Source: Patescibacteria group bacterium
Lineage (GTDB): Bacteria; Patescibacteriota; Patescibacteriia; UBA1558; UBA10009
Length of the DNA stretch: 64,000 bases
NCBI GenBank assembly: GCA_041662565.1
Contig: JBAZSE010000002.1
Location: 27,244-91,243 of the forward strand
Direction: 5' to 3'
The position numbers were made by a program, and so were the translations under genes. How positions within the stretch are numbered: position 1 is the stretch's first letter; the number at the start of each line of letters is the position of its first letter. This document shows positions 52,961-63,540 of the stretch, in pieces. The notes beneath the pieces were generated by a model. It ran no database searches and had not been told where the DNA came from. It worked only from the letters and a program-made list of their open reading frames with translations.

Positions 52961-53407
52961 TTACGGTCCTACGGATTTGAGTGTGCAGGAACATCCGTTG
53001 TTTTCCTTGATCACAAACAGCAACCGCAGACCCTTGATAAGAAAGGCCGTGAACATCATTAACTGTAGAGTTAACGCTATTCCGACCAATGCCGTCTGCT
53101 GAAGAGCCAGAAGAGGAATCAAGCCGATCAAAGAAATCACATAAACAATTACAAATGACTGAAAATCTTTCTGATAGAAAGATGCATCGTCGGCGGATTT
53201 ACCTGCCAATGCCCCCAACCAAGCGCCGAGCAAGATCCCAATTAGGATCAAAGTGCCGCCAATCATGCTCATGGGAGCATTCCATCGAACGGCTGGGTCA
53301 ATCTCTTGACCGATCCAAATCAGGTAGACGATGAAAATTGCCAGCCAAATGCCCGAGGCAAAGGCCATAGACAGATTGGCAATGGCATACTTTTGGGCTT
53401 TGCCCAT
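52961..53407 (-). CDS. hypothetical membrane protein, GC-rich singleton
   Basis: 148 aa, four TM, about 50% GC, ggagga SD, C-terminal CSC. Confidence 0.4.
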   Translation of the reverse strand: MGKAQKYAIANLSMAFASGIWLAIFIVYLIWIGQEIDPAVRWNAPMSMIGGTLILIGILLGAWLGALAGKSADDASFYQKDFQSFVIVYVISLIGLIPLLALQQTALVGIALTLQLMMFTAFLIKGLRLLFVIKENNGCSCTLKSVGP

Positions 53408-53538
53408 TTCTTTTCCTCCAATTTGTACGGTTTAATTCAAACTAATTCTATAGAATTTGGCTTAAAAGTCAAGTTAAGCTTTGCGTTTTTATTATTTATA
53501 ATTGACAAAGGTTAGGCAATCTGTTATTATATTGAAAT

Positions 53539-53757
53539 ATGGGAAAATTCATCACAATTATTCAACTTATATCCGCTGTTTTACTGGCTATTTTTATTCT
53601 TTTGCAACAGCGCGGAGCAGGTCTAGGCGGTATTTTTGGGGGCGAAGGCTCGGTTTACCGGACTAAAAGAGGCGCCGAAAAAATCATCTTTATTACAACT
53701 ATCATCTTAGCCGTAATCTTCCTGGCCAGCGCCATAACCAGCATTTTTATTCAATAG
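53539..53757 (+). CDS. secG: preprotein translocase subunit SecG
   Basis: 72 aa, two TM, LLQQRGAGLGGIFGG glycine-rich loop. Confidence 0.8.
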   Translation: MGKFITIIQLISAVLLAIFILLQQRGAGLGGIFGGEGSVYRTKRGAEKIIFITTIILAVIFLASAITSIFIQ

Positions 53758-53793
53758 TTTAATCTATTGATGTTGGCCAGTTAAAATAAAATT

Positions 53794-55632
53794 GTGAAAA
53801 AAATTTCACTCCTCTTGAGGTTAATTAAAGAGGGCTTCTTGGAAAAATTCTTGCCTCAAGCCAAAAAAAACCTGATTACCAATAATCCCCTGCTGTCATT
53901 TAAAGTTGACCAGAAACTTCTTTTTAATTTAAACAAAAGGAAAATTCCTTCTTTGGCCCAGCTAAAGGCCTTGCCGCAATTTTTAAATCCCAAAGAAAAA
54001 ATCATCATTAAAACTCTTAGCGGAGTTATCGGCGTTTGCTTAATTGCCTTGGGCGTTAATTTTTATTTCAGCCACACTGTGGTAATTCCTAAAAACGGCG
54101 GCAGTTATACCGAGGGCTTGGTAGGCACGCCCCAGTACATCAATCCGATTCTCGCTTCGTATAACGATGTGGACCGCGATTTGACCCAGTTGATTTTTAG
54201 CGGTTTGGTTAAAATAAACGATGAAGGCGTGTTAATGGATGATTTGGCCGAATCGCACCAGATCAGCCCGGATAAAAAAATCTATACCTTTAATCTAAAA
54301 CAAAATGTTTTGTGGCACGATGGCGCGCCCTTAACCGCCAATGACGTTTTGTTTACCGTAACCAGTATTCAGGATCCGGAATGGCAATCACAGCTTAAAA
54401 GCGCCCTGGGCAACGTGCAGGTGGAAAAAATCAACGATTACAGCTTGCGCTTTATTTTAAAAGAACCGGTTAACAATTTTATTAATAGCTTAACTTTCGG
54501 CATTATTCCCGAACACGCTTGGCTTTCTATACCCAGTTCCAATGCCGGCTTGGCCGAGCTTAACAAAAGGCCCATTGGCACAGGCCCGTATAAATTTAAA
54601 ACTTTGATAAAAGATAAAAACGGCAATATTCGCACCTTGAGTTTGATTAAAAACGACCAATACTACGGCGATCTGCCGTTTATCAATGAAATTAATTTTA
54701 AATTTTACGGCGATTACCAAACCGCTTCCGACGCTTTAGCCAATAATAATATTGAGGGATTGGGATTACTGCCTAAAGAATTCCAAGCCAAGGCCAATAA
54801 AAATAAAAACCTGAAATTTTATTCTTTATCCTTACCCCAATACACCGCTGTTTTCTTTAACACCAAAAAATCAGAGGCCTTAAAAACCAAAGATGTGAGG
54901 CAAGCGCTGGCCTACGCCATTGATCGGCAAACCATTTTACAGCAATCCATAGACCAAAAAGGCACCATTATCAACGGGCCGATCTTGCCGGGATTTATCG
55001 GTTATCATCCGGACATTAAAAAATATTCGCAAAACATCGAACAAGCCAAAAAATTATTGGATGCCAGTGGCTGGAAAATTTCCGATAACGGCATCCGCAA
55101 AAAAGGCAATGAGCTTTTGGAAATAACCTTAACCACCGTGGAAAAAGACGAATACGTTAAGGCGGCGGAAATAATCAAAAAAAATTGGGCCGAAATCGGC
55201 GTTAGCGCCAATATTGATATCGTGAGCAAAGAAAGAATCAGAACCGATACCATAGAACCCCGAAGCTACCAAGCATTACTGTTTGGACAAATTATTAAAA
55301 CCGATCCTTATCCTTTTTGGCATTCCAGCGAAGACGCCAGCCCGGGCGCCAATTTAGCTGTTTGGGCCAACGCGGGCGTTGATAAAATTTTGGAAGAAAC
55401 CAGGGGCTTGGATGATCCCGTGGTGATTAACAAAAAATATCTGGAATTCCAAGACATTTTAGCCGAAAACGTGCCGGCCATATTTTTATACAACCCCATT
55501 CAAACTTATCCTGTTGATGAAAAAATTCAAGGATTAACTACCAGAAGAATTTCCGTGCCAGCCGACCGCTTTAGCAAAATTACCGACTGGTATATAAATA
55601 CCAAACGCGAATTCTCTTGGGTGAAAAAATAA
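53794..55632 (+). CDS. ABC transporter substrate-binding protein, family 5 (Opp/Dpp-like)
   Basis: 612 aa, N-terminal anchor, SBP_bac_5 pattern (LAESHQISPDKKIYTFNLKQNVLWHDG). Confidence 0.8.
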   Translation: MKKISLLLRLIKEGFLEKFLPQAKKNLITNNPLLSFKVDQKLLFNLNKRKIPSLAQLKALPQFLNPKEKIIIKTLSGVIGVCLIALGVNFYFSHTVVIPKNGGSYTEGLVGTPQYINPILASYNDVDRDLTQLIFSGLVKINDEGVLMDDLAESHQISPDKKIYTFNLKQNVLWHDGAPLTANDVLFTVTSIQDPEWQSQLKSALGNVQVEKINDYSLRFILKEPVNNFINSLTFGIIPEHAWLSIPSSNAGLAELNKRPIGTGPYKFKTLIKDKNGNIRTLSLIKNDQYYGDLPFINEINFKFYGDYQTASDALANNNIEGLGLLPKEFQAKANKNKNLKFYSLSLPQYTAVFFNTKKSEALKTKDVRQALAYAIDRQTILQQSIDQKGTIINGPILPGFIGYHPDIKKYSQNIEQAKKLLDASGWKISDNGIRKKGNELLEITLTTVEKDEYVKAAEIIKKNWAEIGVSANIDIVSKERIRTDTIEPRSYQALLFGQIIKTDPYPFWHSSEDASPGANLAVWANAGVDKILEETRGLDDPVVINKKYLEFQDILAENVPAIFLYNPIQTYPVDEKIQGLTTRRISVPADRFSKITDWYINTKREFSWVKK

Positions 55633-55792
55633 CCCGAATTTTAAAAAGATTTCACGGATTATTTTCCTTAAAATTTTCGTATAAAAACCACAAAATTCGC
55701 ACCGGCGAATTTTGTAAAGGAAGAAGTTGACCGAAGCCGGAGTGACCTCACCGCAAGGTGAAGGCACGAAGGTTGAGGGCAACTTCTGACGC

Positions 55793-55878
55793 GCCGGAGT
55801 GGTGAAATGGTATACACGCTAGATTCAGGTTCTAGTGGCCGCAAGGCCGTGGAGGTTCAAGTCCTCTCTCCGGCACCA
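55793..55878 (+). tRNA. tRNA-Leu (CAG)
   Basis: Type II: acceptor GCCGGAG/CTCCGGC, anticodon loop TTCAGGT, variable arm, T-arm GGAGGTTCAAGTCCTCT, CCA. The 3' end plus 10 nt is repeated inverted at 55951-55967. Confidence 0.85.
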
Positions 55879-56103
55879 CTCGATTCGTCGAGCTAAGCTC
55901 GACTCACTCGTGGTTTCTGCTTTTCACTTTGTTCAAAGCTTCAACGATTCCTAATAAGAATCGAGTGGTGCCTTGAGCGTAGCCGAAAGGCAAAAATTCT
56001 ATCACAATTAAAATTATAAATTAACAAATATTATTAACTTACCTCGTTTACTGTTACGTGAAGAAACAACTGCACGATACATGTTATACGATACACGATT
56101 ACT

Positions 56104-57972
56104 ATGATGCAAAAAACTAACAACCGCCGCCATTACCATTCCGCTCCGCATCGGACCGAAATTAAAGGCGATATTAAAAAAGAAACCGCGCCTGTAACTG
56201 CGCCTAATTTGCCAAAAAGCAACATTAAAAGAGGGCATTCTTCTTTTAGGTCCTTTAAAAAAACAACTTTGCCCGCTTTATCGCCTGTTAACCGCGGCGG
56301 GCAAACCAACGAAGAAAAATTAAAAATAATGATTGTGGGCGGAAATGAAGAAGTCGGCCGCAACATGACCATTTTGGAATACGGCCACGACATTATTATT
56401 ATTGATTTGGGCCTGCAATTTCCCGAAGAAGATATGCCGGGTATTGATTATATTATTCCCAACATGGGATATTTAAAGGGCAAGGAAAAAAATATCCGAG
56501 GCGTTTTTATCACTCATGCTCACTACGACCATATTGGCGCCATTCCCCACGTTATGGATGCTTTGGGTAATCCCACCATTTACAGCTCCAATTTAACTTT
56601 GGCCATTATTGATAAAAGGCAGGGCGATTACAAAAATTCCCCTCCCCTTAACATGCAGGCGGTTACTACCAATGATGTGATCAAAGTCGGAGTTTTTAAA
56701 GTCAGCTTTTTCGGCGTCAGCCATAATATTCCCACCAGCATGGGCTTAGTGGTGGATACCCCGTTGGGCAAAGTTGTTCATACCGGCGACTTTAAAATCG
56801 ACTTAAACGAAACCGGCGCTACCGGCACCGAAATTGATAAAATTAAAAAACTCGGCCAAGAAAACGTTTTGGTTTTGCTGGCCGATTCTACCAATGCTTC
56901 CCAATCCGGCCACCAGTTAAGCGAATCCGAAATTCAAACCAACTTGGACGATATTATTAAAGACGCTCCCGGCCGGGTAGTTATGGGCACTTTTGCCTCA
57001 CTTTTGGGCCGGGTTCAGCAGATTATTTCGGCTGCTGAATTATTTGGCAAAAAAGTGATTATTGAGGGCTATTCCATGAAAACCAATGTGGAAATCGCCA
57101 AGGCCCTGGGATATTTAAAAATAAAAAAAGATACCATTATTGATGTAAAGCATTTAAACAATTATCCCCGCAATAAAATTTTAATCGTCTGCACCGGTGC
57201 CCAGGGCGAAGAGCGAGCTGTTTTGATGAGAATCGCCAACCGCGAGCATAAAAGCTTGCAGATTGAGCAGGGCGATACCATTGTTTTCTCCTCTTCGGTT
57301 ATTCCCGGCAACGAGCGGGCCGTGCAACGGTTAAAGGATTCGCTTTACCGCCAAGGCGCCGAAGTGATCCATTACCAAATGATGGACGTTCATGCCGGCG
57401 GACACGCCAAAGCCGAAGATTTGAAATTTTTCATTTCTTTGGTTAAACCAAAATATTTTGTGCCGATCGAAGGCCACCATTCGTTTTTGCGCTTAAACGC
57501 CAAAAATGCCGAGGCCGCAGGGGTTGATCCCAAAAATATTTTTGTAGCCGATAACGGCCAGGTGCTTGAATTTACCAAACACGGCGGAGTTTTAACCGAT
57601 CAAAAAATACCTACCGATTACGTTTTTGTAGACGGCCTGGGTGTGGGTGATGTTTCCAACATTGTGCTGCGCGATAGGCAGATGATGGCCGAAGACGGCA
57701 TGATTGTGGTGATTGCTACTATTAGAACCAAAACCGGCGAACTGGTGCAAAACCCGGATCTTATTTCCCGCGGGTTTATTTACATGAAAGAAAATAAAAA
57801 GCTGGTTGAAGATACTCGTAAAAAAGTTAAGGCCTTGCTAAAAGATTACAATCCGGCCAGTTCCACCAATGATACTTACATTAAAGATAAAATCCGCAAC
57901 GAAATCGGTAAATTCCTTTTCCAAAAAACCGAACGCCGGCCCATGGTGTTGCCGGTAATTATCGAGGTCTAA
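56104..57972 (+). CDS. rnj: ribonuclease J
   Basis: Metallo-beta-lactamase HAHYDHIGA, beta-CASP and RNase J C-terminal region; about 75-aa basic N-terminal extension. Start uncertain; alternative ATG at 56329. Confidence 0.8.
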   Translation: MMQKTNNRRHYHSAPHRTEIKGDIKKETAPVTAPNLPKSNIKRGHSSFRSFKKTTLPALSPVNRGGQTNEEKLKIMIVGGNEEVGRNMTILEYGHDIIIIDLGLQFPEEDMPGIDYIIPNMGYLKGKEKNIRGVFITHAHYDHIGAIPHVMDALGNPTIYSSNLTLAIIDKRQGDYKNSPPLNMQAVTTNDVIKVGVFKVSFFGVSHNIPTSMGLVVDTPLGKVVHTGDFKIDLNETGATGTEIDKIKKLGQENVLVLLADSTNASQSGHQLSESEIQTNLDDIIKDAPGRVVMGTFASLLGRVQQIISAAELFGKKVIIEGYSMKTNVEIAKALGYLKIKKDTIIDVKHLNNYPRNKILIVCTGAQGEERAVLMRIANREHKSLQIEQGDTIVFSSSVIPGNERAVQRLKDSLYRQGAEVIHYQMMDVHAGGHAKAEDLKFFISLVKPKYFVPIEGHHSFLRLNAKNAEAAGVDPKNIFVADNGQVLEFTKHGGVLTDQKIPTDYVFVDGLGVGDVSNIVLRDRQMMAEDGMIVVIATIRTKTGELVQNPDLISRGFIYMKENKKLVEDTRKKVKALLKDYNPASSTNDTYIKDKIRNEIGKFLFQKTERRPMVLPVIIEV

Positions 57973-58008
57973 ATAAAATTAAAAAAAGAAGGACGGCCTA
58001 TGAATGAA

Positions 58009-58752
58009 TTAAGGTCCGTCCTTTTTGAGAACTCCAAAAACCGGATAAGTTCTGCCTTTGTGAACAAAGTCGGTGGCGACTTTTAAAGGCAGCCGATTGG
58101 AATTGCAAGTGACCCAGATCGTTACCCGTCCGCTGGGTATAAAGTTATCCTGCTTGTTCATCCTGATTTCTACCACCCAGCAAAGATACTTATAGCCATG
58201 CCACTTTAGCAAAACCTGATCCTTAACCTGGATAATCGCTTTTGACATGCGAGCCCGATTGGAATCATCGATGCCAAAAACCTTCAGTTCGGATGATTGT
58301 CCAAGTTCAAGATTCATGTTCCGAAAAAGGTAGAAAGCGCTCAAGGCTTCGAGAGGCATATTTCCAGCCAAATTCAGAACATCAACCAAGGTATCGTTTT
58401 CCCAATAGCAAACCTGACGCAGGTTTTGATCAACTTGCCATTCAACCCAGGTTGAATCGGTTAAGAACGATTTTGACCACATCACCGTGCCGGCGCTGTC
58501 AAAGTTAGTGACGATATAATTATCGTATACAAACCTTTTGCGCGCCCAACCTATGGTATGAACCTCACATTGAGCTTGCCAACCATTGTTAATCCGATCA
58601 AACGAAAAGCTGGCTTCGCCTGCCTTGGGGGTAATTATTCCCCAAAAAGGATTCCACTCCAGATCGTATTCCAAGCATTCGCCGGAATATTTTTCCAGTT
58701 CAGCGGCATGCAAGCCCTGAACTAGCAACAAACAGATCAACAGGGTTTTCAT
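58009..58752 (-). CDS. hypothetical secreted protein, GC-rich singleton
   Basis: Signal peptide MKTLLICLLLVQGLHA; ggagg SD 4 nt before ATG at 58752; bidirectional terminator 57980-58010. Confidence 0.45.
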   Translation of the reverse strand: MKTLLICLLLVQGLHAAELEKYSGECLEYDLEWNPFWGIITPKAGEASFSFDRINNGWQAQCEVHTIGWARKRFVYDNYIVTNFDSAGTVMWSKSFLTDSTWVEWQVDQNLRQVCYWENDTLVDVLNLAGNMPLEALSAFYLFRNMNLELGQSSELKVFGIDDSNRARMSKAIIQVKDQVLLKWHGYKYLCWVVEIRMNKQDNFIPSGRVTIWVTCNSNRLPLKVATDFVHKGRTYPVFGVLKKDGP

Positions 58753-58850
58753 ACTGCCTCCAAAATGAAAAATCAACGAACAAATCAGATTATCTTTACC
58801 AAAACCTGGCCACCTTGTCAAATAGTCGATTTACTCGTAAAATTAGGCTT

Positions 58851-59750
58851 ATGAATCTGACTCAAATTTTATTTACCGGTATTGGCGCGGCGGTGCTGGG
58901 AGCGCTTATCGCTTCGTTTGCCGAAATTTTTCAAAAATATCTGGTTAAAACCAAACGCCAGCCGCGCCTAGCCGTTTTGCTTAATTCCTATTTTATTTTA
59001 GGTCTGCTTTCTTTGCTTACTGCTCTAGCTCTTAATCAATTTACTCTTAACTTAAGTTCTATTCTTTTGGCCGCCGTTAGCGGTTCTATTCAGGCCTTGG
59101 GTATTTATTTAACTCTTAAGGCCTACGCCATTGAAGATTTTTCTTTAACTCTTCCCTTTTTGTATTTAACCCCGATTTTTATCATTCCGGTGGAATGGCT
59201 GTTTTTTGGAAATGTTCCAACAACTCTGGCTATCATTGGTATTATTTCTATTATCATCGGGGCTGTTTTTTTAAGTTATACGGAAAATAAAGGGCGCACG
59301 GGTATTTGGCGATTTTCGTTAGGCAGCCGTTTAATGATGCTGGTGGCCTTGCTCTACAGTTTTGCCGGACCTTTGGATAAATTAGGCCTGTTGCAATCGT
59401 CATCATTAGGTTATCTATCTTGGCTATTTATTTTTACCGGACTCTGGTTATTATTAGGAGGATTTTGGCTGGCCAGAAAAGAATTGGTTAAAAAAGAAAT
59501 TCTTACGTGTTTAAAAAAATACTGGCCAATTTTTTTGGGCTTGGGCCTGATTATCATCATCAGCGGCTGGCTGATGTTTATCGCCTACTCCACTATTTTG
59601 GTTAATTACGTTATTTCGCTTAAACGGGCGATGTTTTTAATTCCCATTCTATTGGGTCCGCTCTTATTTAAAGAAAAAAATCTGCTTAAACGCTTGCCCG
59701 GCGCCATTTTAATGCTGCTCGGGGCGATTATTATTATAATTTTTGGATAA
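58851..59750 (+). CDS. EamA/DMT-family transporter-like membrane protein
   Basis: About 10 TM in two 5-TM halves. Confidence 0.5.
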   Translation: MNLTQILFTGIGAAVLGALIASFAEIFQKYLVKTKRQPRLAVLLNSYFILGLLSLLTALALNQFTLNLSSILLAAVSGSIQALGIYLTLKAYAIEDFSLTLPFLYLTPIFIIPVEWLFFGNVPTTLAIIGIISIIIGAVFLSYTENKGRTGIWRFSLGSRLMMLVALLYSFAGPLDKLGLLQSSSLGYLSWLFIFTGLWLLLGGFWLARKELVKKEILTCLKKYWPIFLGLGLIIIISGWLMFIAYSTILVNYVISLKRAMFLIPILLGPLLFKEKNLLKRLPGAILMLLGAIIIIIFG

Positions 59751-59798
59751 AAATTGCAGATTTGAAATCTGCCCATACTGTGCTAAAATAGATATATT

Positions 59799-60779
59799 AT
59801 GAAAAAGACATTATTTTCAGGCATTCAGCCCACCGGCGATATCCATATTGGCAACTATTTGGGCGCTTTAAAAAACTGGGTTGATTTGCAAACAAAATAC
59901 AACTGTTTATACAGTATTGTAGACTTGCACGCCATTACTATTGATTATGAAGCGGATAAATTCCAAGAAACGATTTTAAACACGGCCATGGATTTGTTGG
60001 CCATTGGCCTTGACCCAAAAAAATCTATTTTGTTTGTGCAATCACACGTTCCTCAACATACCGAACTTTGTTGGCTGTTTAACACCTTAACGCCAATAGC
60101 CGAACTAGAAAGAATGACGCAGTTTAAGGATAAAGCCGGCCAGCATAAAGAAAACATCAATACCGGCTTGTTCGATTATCCTGTTTTAATGGCAGCCGAT
60201 GTGTTGTTGTATAAAACCGCTGTGGTGCCGGTTGGGCAGGATCAATTGCAACATTTGGAATTAACCAATACCATTGCCCGAAAATTTAATAATAAATACG
60301 GTAAATATTTTGAAGAAATTCAGCCGATTGTGAGTAAAGCCGCTAGGGTAATATCTTTAACCAATCCCGAAAAAAAGATGAGCAAATCGCTCGGGCCGAA
60401 CAATTTAATCGCCTTAGCCGATAGCCCCGAGGTAATCCGAAAAAAAATTATGAGCGCGGTTACGGATACTGGCCCGGCCACCGATAAAATGTCAGCCGGA
60501 GTTAAAAATCTTTTTGATTTGTTGGAATTATTTGCCCCCATGACCACTTTTAAACTTTTCCAGAACGCCTACAATAATAAAAACTTAAAATATTCAGAAT
60601 TAAAAAATGAATTAGCCGAGGCGATTATTAAACACCTAGCCCCGATCCAAGAACGCAAAAAATATTTCCAAAAAAATAAAAAGCAAGTTTTGGCAATACT
60701 TGCTGACGGGGCAAAAAAAGCTCAAAAAATCGCCTCAAAAAACATTTCGGAAATTAAACAACTAATGGGCTTGACATAA
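59799..60779 (+). CDS. trpS: tryptophanyl-tRNA synthetase
   Basis: 326 aa; HIGNYLGA (HIGH) and KMSKS motifs. Confidence 0.95.
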   Translation: MKKTLFSGIQPTGDIHIGNYLGALKNWVDLQTKYNCLYSIVDLHAITIDYEADKFQETILNTAMDLLAIGLDPKKSILFVQSHVPQHTELCWLFNTLTPIAELERMTQFKDKAGQHKENINTGLFDYPVLMAADVLLYKTAVVPVGQDQLQHLELTNTIARKFNNKYGKYFEEIQPIVSKAARVISLTNPEKKMSKSLGPNNLIALADSPEVIRKKIMSAVTDTGPATDKMSAGVKNLFDLLELFAPMTTFKLFQNAYNNKNLKYSELKNELAEAIIKHLAPIQERKKYFQKNKKQVLAILADGAKKAQKIASKNISEIKQLMGLT

Positions 60780-60887
60780 TAATTTAAACTGATATTATAA
60801 TTATACACTATGGCTTCGGCCTCCGAGACTTTCTTCGCGAGAAGAAAGACCGTTAACAAAGACATCTCACGCAGATGTTTTTGTTGT

Positions 60888-61283
60888 TTATATTAAATCT
60901 TTAACGCGTTGTTGGATTTTTTTAAAATCAAAATCAGCAATCAGAGTTATTTTTCTCAACAATCTTTTACTGCTAATCAATCTTATTTGGGACAAATCAA
61001 TCCATGACTTATGATTAAAGTTATTTAATTGTTGGTAAAACCGACTTGTTTTTTCTTTACTAGTCAAAGGTAATACCCAAAGCGTCTTGTTTCCAAATTT
61101 TTTTAATATTAAAACTGGCCTTTCAAACCTATTATTTTTACCATTTTGTTCATGACCAATGTTTATACCTAAACTGGCCCACCAAATTTCTCTTTGTTTA
61201 TAAAAAATAATTCTATCATCTCTAAGATACAACCTAATTTTGAACTTTGTCCACGCAACAAATTTTATTAGAAAGTCGTTCAT
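60888..61283 (-). CDS. MazF/PemK/EndoA-family toxin-like protein (solitary)
   Basis: REIWWASLGINIGHEQNGKNNRFERPVLIL...LWVLPLTSK matches the PemK/MazF core (G.EQ.G.RP..V); no antitoxin-sized ORF adjacent. Confidence 0.55.
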   Translation of the reverse strand: MNDFLIKFVAWTKFKIRLYLRDDRIIFYKQREIWWASLGINIGHEQNGKNNRFERPVLILKKFGNKTLWVLPLTSKEKTSRFYQQLNNFNHKSWIDLSQIRLISSKRLLRKITLIADFDFKKIQQRVKDLI

Positions 61284-61363
61284 AAAATAAATAAAACAAG
61301 GCCTTGTTTGACCCTGTTTATTAAATTATTGTTATTTTACTGAATTCTCTAAATTTGTCAAAT

Positions 61364-62167
61364 TTACAACTCAACCTTCTCACTTTTAACTTGAGAACCC
61401 AAAAATTTACTGCCTAATAAATCAAATTTAGCCGTGCCATTGGTGGTCAAATATCTTGTTTGACCGCCTTTTTTGATTTTACTTTCTATTTCCGGATGTC
61501 TGCTTAAATAATCAACTAGCTTGATAGCTACAATTTTAGGCGCATCCAAAACTTGTACTCGCTTTCCCGCAATTCTTTTAAATTCTTTCATTAGTAAAGG
61601 ATAATGAGTGCAGCCCAAAATTAAAGTATCTATCTGCGAATCTTTTAACGGCCGTAAATATTTTTTTAAAATCATTCTGGTTTCGGTTTTATCCAGCCAG
61701 CCCTCTTCAATTAACGGCACTAATAAAGGACAAGCGTTTTGAAAAATCTTAAGCTTGGAATTTTGGGTTTTGAGTTCTTTTTTGTAAGCGTTAGAACCGA
61801 TGGTCGCCTGCGTACCTACAACCCCAATATGATCAAATCTTGAAACTTTAGCTGCTTCTTCCGCCAAAGGCCTAATAACTCCTAAAATGCGGCGAACGGG
61901 ATAATGAGCCGGCAACCATTCTTGCTGTAATTTCCGCAAGGCCTCACTGGAAACGGTATTGCAGGCCAAAATAACCAGTTCACAACCCATGGAAAATAAA
62001 AAATCAACCGCTTGTTCGGTAAATTGATATATCACTTCTTGGCTCCGGCCGCCATAAGGAGCGCGCAAACTATCGCCTAAGTAAATATAAGCATAACCGG
62101 GCAAGGCCTTTTTAATTTCTTTGAAAACTGTCAGTCCTCCAAAACCGGAGTCAAATATTCCTATCAT
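61364..62167 (-). CDS. murI: glutamate racemase
   Basis: IGIFDSGFGGLTV and CNT / GCTHYP catalytic cysteines. Confidence 0.9.
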   Translation of the reverse strand: MIGIFDSGFGGLTVFKEIKKALPGYAYIYLGDSLRAPYGGRSQEVIYQFTEQAVDFLFSMGCELVILACNTVSSEALRKLQQEWLPAHYPVRRILGVIRPLAEEAAKVSRFDHIGVVGTQATIGSNAYKKELKTQNSKLKIFQNACPLLVPLIEEGWLDKTETRMILKKYLRPLKDSQIDTLILGCTHYPLLMKEFKRIAGKRVQVLDAPKIVAIKLVDYLSRHPEIESKIKKGGQTRYLTTNGTAKFDLLGSKFLGSQVKSEKVEL

Positions 62168-62170
62168 AAA

Positions 62171-63538
62171 TTAGTCGTTAATAACCTTTAAAACTTCTTC
62201 TTGCCTCTTTTTTAATTCTTCCTGATTGGCCGCCTCAACCGTTATCCTTAACAAAGGCTCGGTATTGGAAGGGCGTACATTAACCCACCAATCGTCAAAT
62301 TCCACGGTAATCCCATCCATTTCATCCAAAATATTTTTTTGATAATGCTCTCTAATCTTTTCCAGTTTATCCGGAATATCATCAACCTTAAAATTAAGTT
62401 CATCACCCCTGACATGTAACTGATAATCTTTAACAATTTCGGACAATGGTCGGCCATCTGTGGAAATGGTTTGCATGGCCAAAAGTAAAGCGATAAAGGC
62501 GTTATCGGCGTTAAAATTATCTCTAAAAGCGTAATGTCCGCTAACTTCCCCGCTCATTATTCCATCATCTTCCCTAATATGTCGAGCTAAGTTCATATAG
62601 CCTACTTCACTCCGAATCGGTCTACCGCCCCATTTGGTAACCAAATCCTTAACCGCGTGCGAACAAATTAAATTGTAGGCAATACCCGAACCGGGAAACT
62701 TAGCCAGCATCGGCTTGGCTAACAACAATAAACCGATATCTCCTCTGATAAGATTGCCGGTTTCATCAAGTAAAAAAATCCGATCGCCATCAACATCAAA
62801 CATTACTCCGAAATCAGCATGCGTTTCTAAAATTTTGGCTGCGCATATTTCGAAAGCTCCCGGCAATAATGGATTTGGGGCGCGGTTAGGAAAACTACCA
62901 TCCAGTTCGGCAAATAAATGGATTAGCTGGCCAGGCAATTGTTTAAAAATTTTGGGAATCAATAAACCGTTCATGCCATTGCCGGTATCAACCACGATTT
63001 TAAAAGGTTTGATTTTGGATAAATCAATAAAGGAAAAAATATGGTTTAAATGATCCTGGCTAACATCTTTATTTTCCAATTGCCCGCTAATTTTTTGCGT
63101 TGCCAAAGGAAATGTCATTTTAACCATTTCCTGATAAAGTGCCACCCCGCTTAAAAATTCAACCGCCCCATTATTTTTAATGGCTAATTTAAATCCACTG
63201 TATTCGGCAGGGTTATGCGAAGCCGTGGCCATAATGCCGGCATCAAAATCATAATTGCCAACGGCAAAATAGTAATCGTTAATGGATACCAAGCCAATAT
63301 CAATCACACTTACACCATAAGACAAAAAAGTATCCAAAGCCGATTTAATAATCTTGGCCGAACCTAAACGGTTATCACTTGCCAATACGATTTTTAAATC
63401 CTTGATTGGCTTATTGCTTTTGATTGATAACACGCTTAAATATGCCTGGGCAATTTGCCCGGCTATTTCTTCATTGATTTCGGAAGGATAAACACCCCTG
63501 ATATCGTAGGCCTTAAAAATGTTTGGATTTAATGTCAT
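62171..63538 (-). CDS. phosphoglucomutase/phosphomannomutase family protein
   Basis: 455 aa; active-site TASHNP, Mg loop DGDGDR, sugar-binding GEVSGH. Confidence 0.85.
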   Translation of the reverse strand: MTLNPNIFKAYDIRGVYPSEINEEIAGQIAQAYLSVLSIKSNKPIKDLKIVLASDNRLGSAKIIKSALDTFLSYGVSVIDIGLVSINDYYFAVGNYDFDAGIMATASHNPAEYSGFKLAIKNNGAVEFLSGVALYQEMVKMTFPLATQKISGQLENKDVSQDHLNHIFSFIDLSKIKPFKIVVDTGNGMNGLLIPKIFKQLPGQLIHLFAELDGSFPNRAPNPLLPGAFEICAAKILETHADFGVMFDVDGDRIFLLDETGNLIRGDIGLLLLAKPMLAKFPGSGIAYNLICSHAVKDLVTKWGGRPIRSEVGYMNLARHIREDDGIMSGEVSGHYAFRDNFNADNAFIALLLAMQTISTDGRPLSEIVKDYQLHVRGDELNFKVDDIPDKLEKIREHYQKNILDEMDGITVEFDDWWVNVRPSNTEPLLRITVEAANQEELKKRQEEVLKVIND

Positions 63539-63540
63539 AA

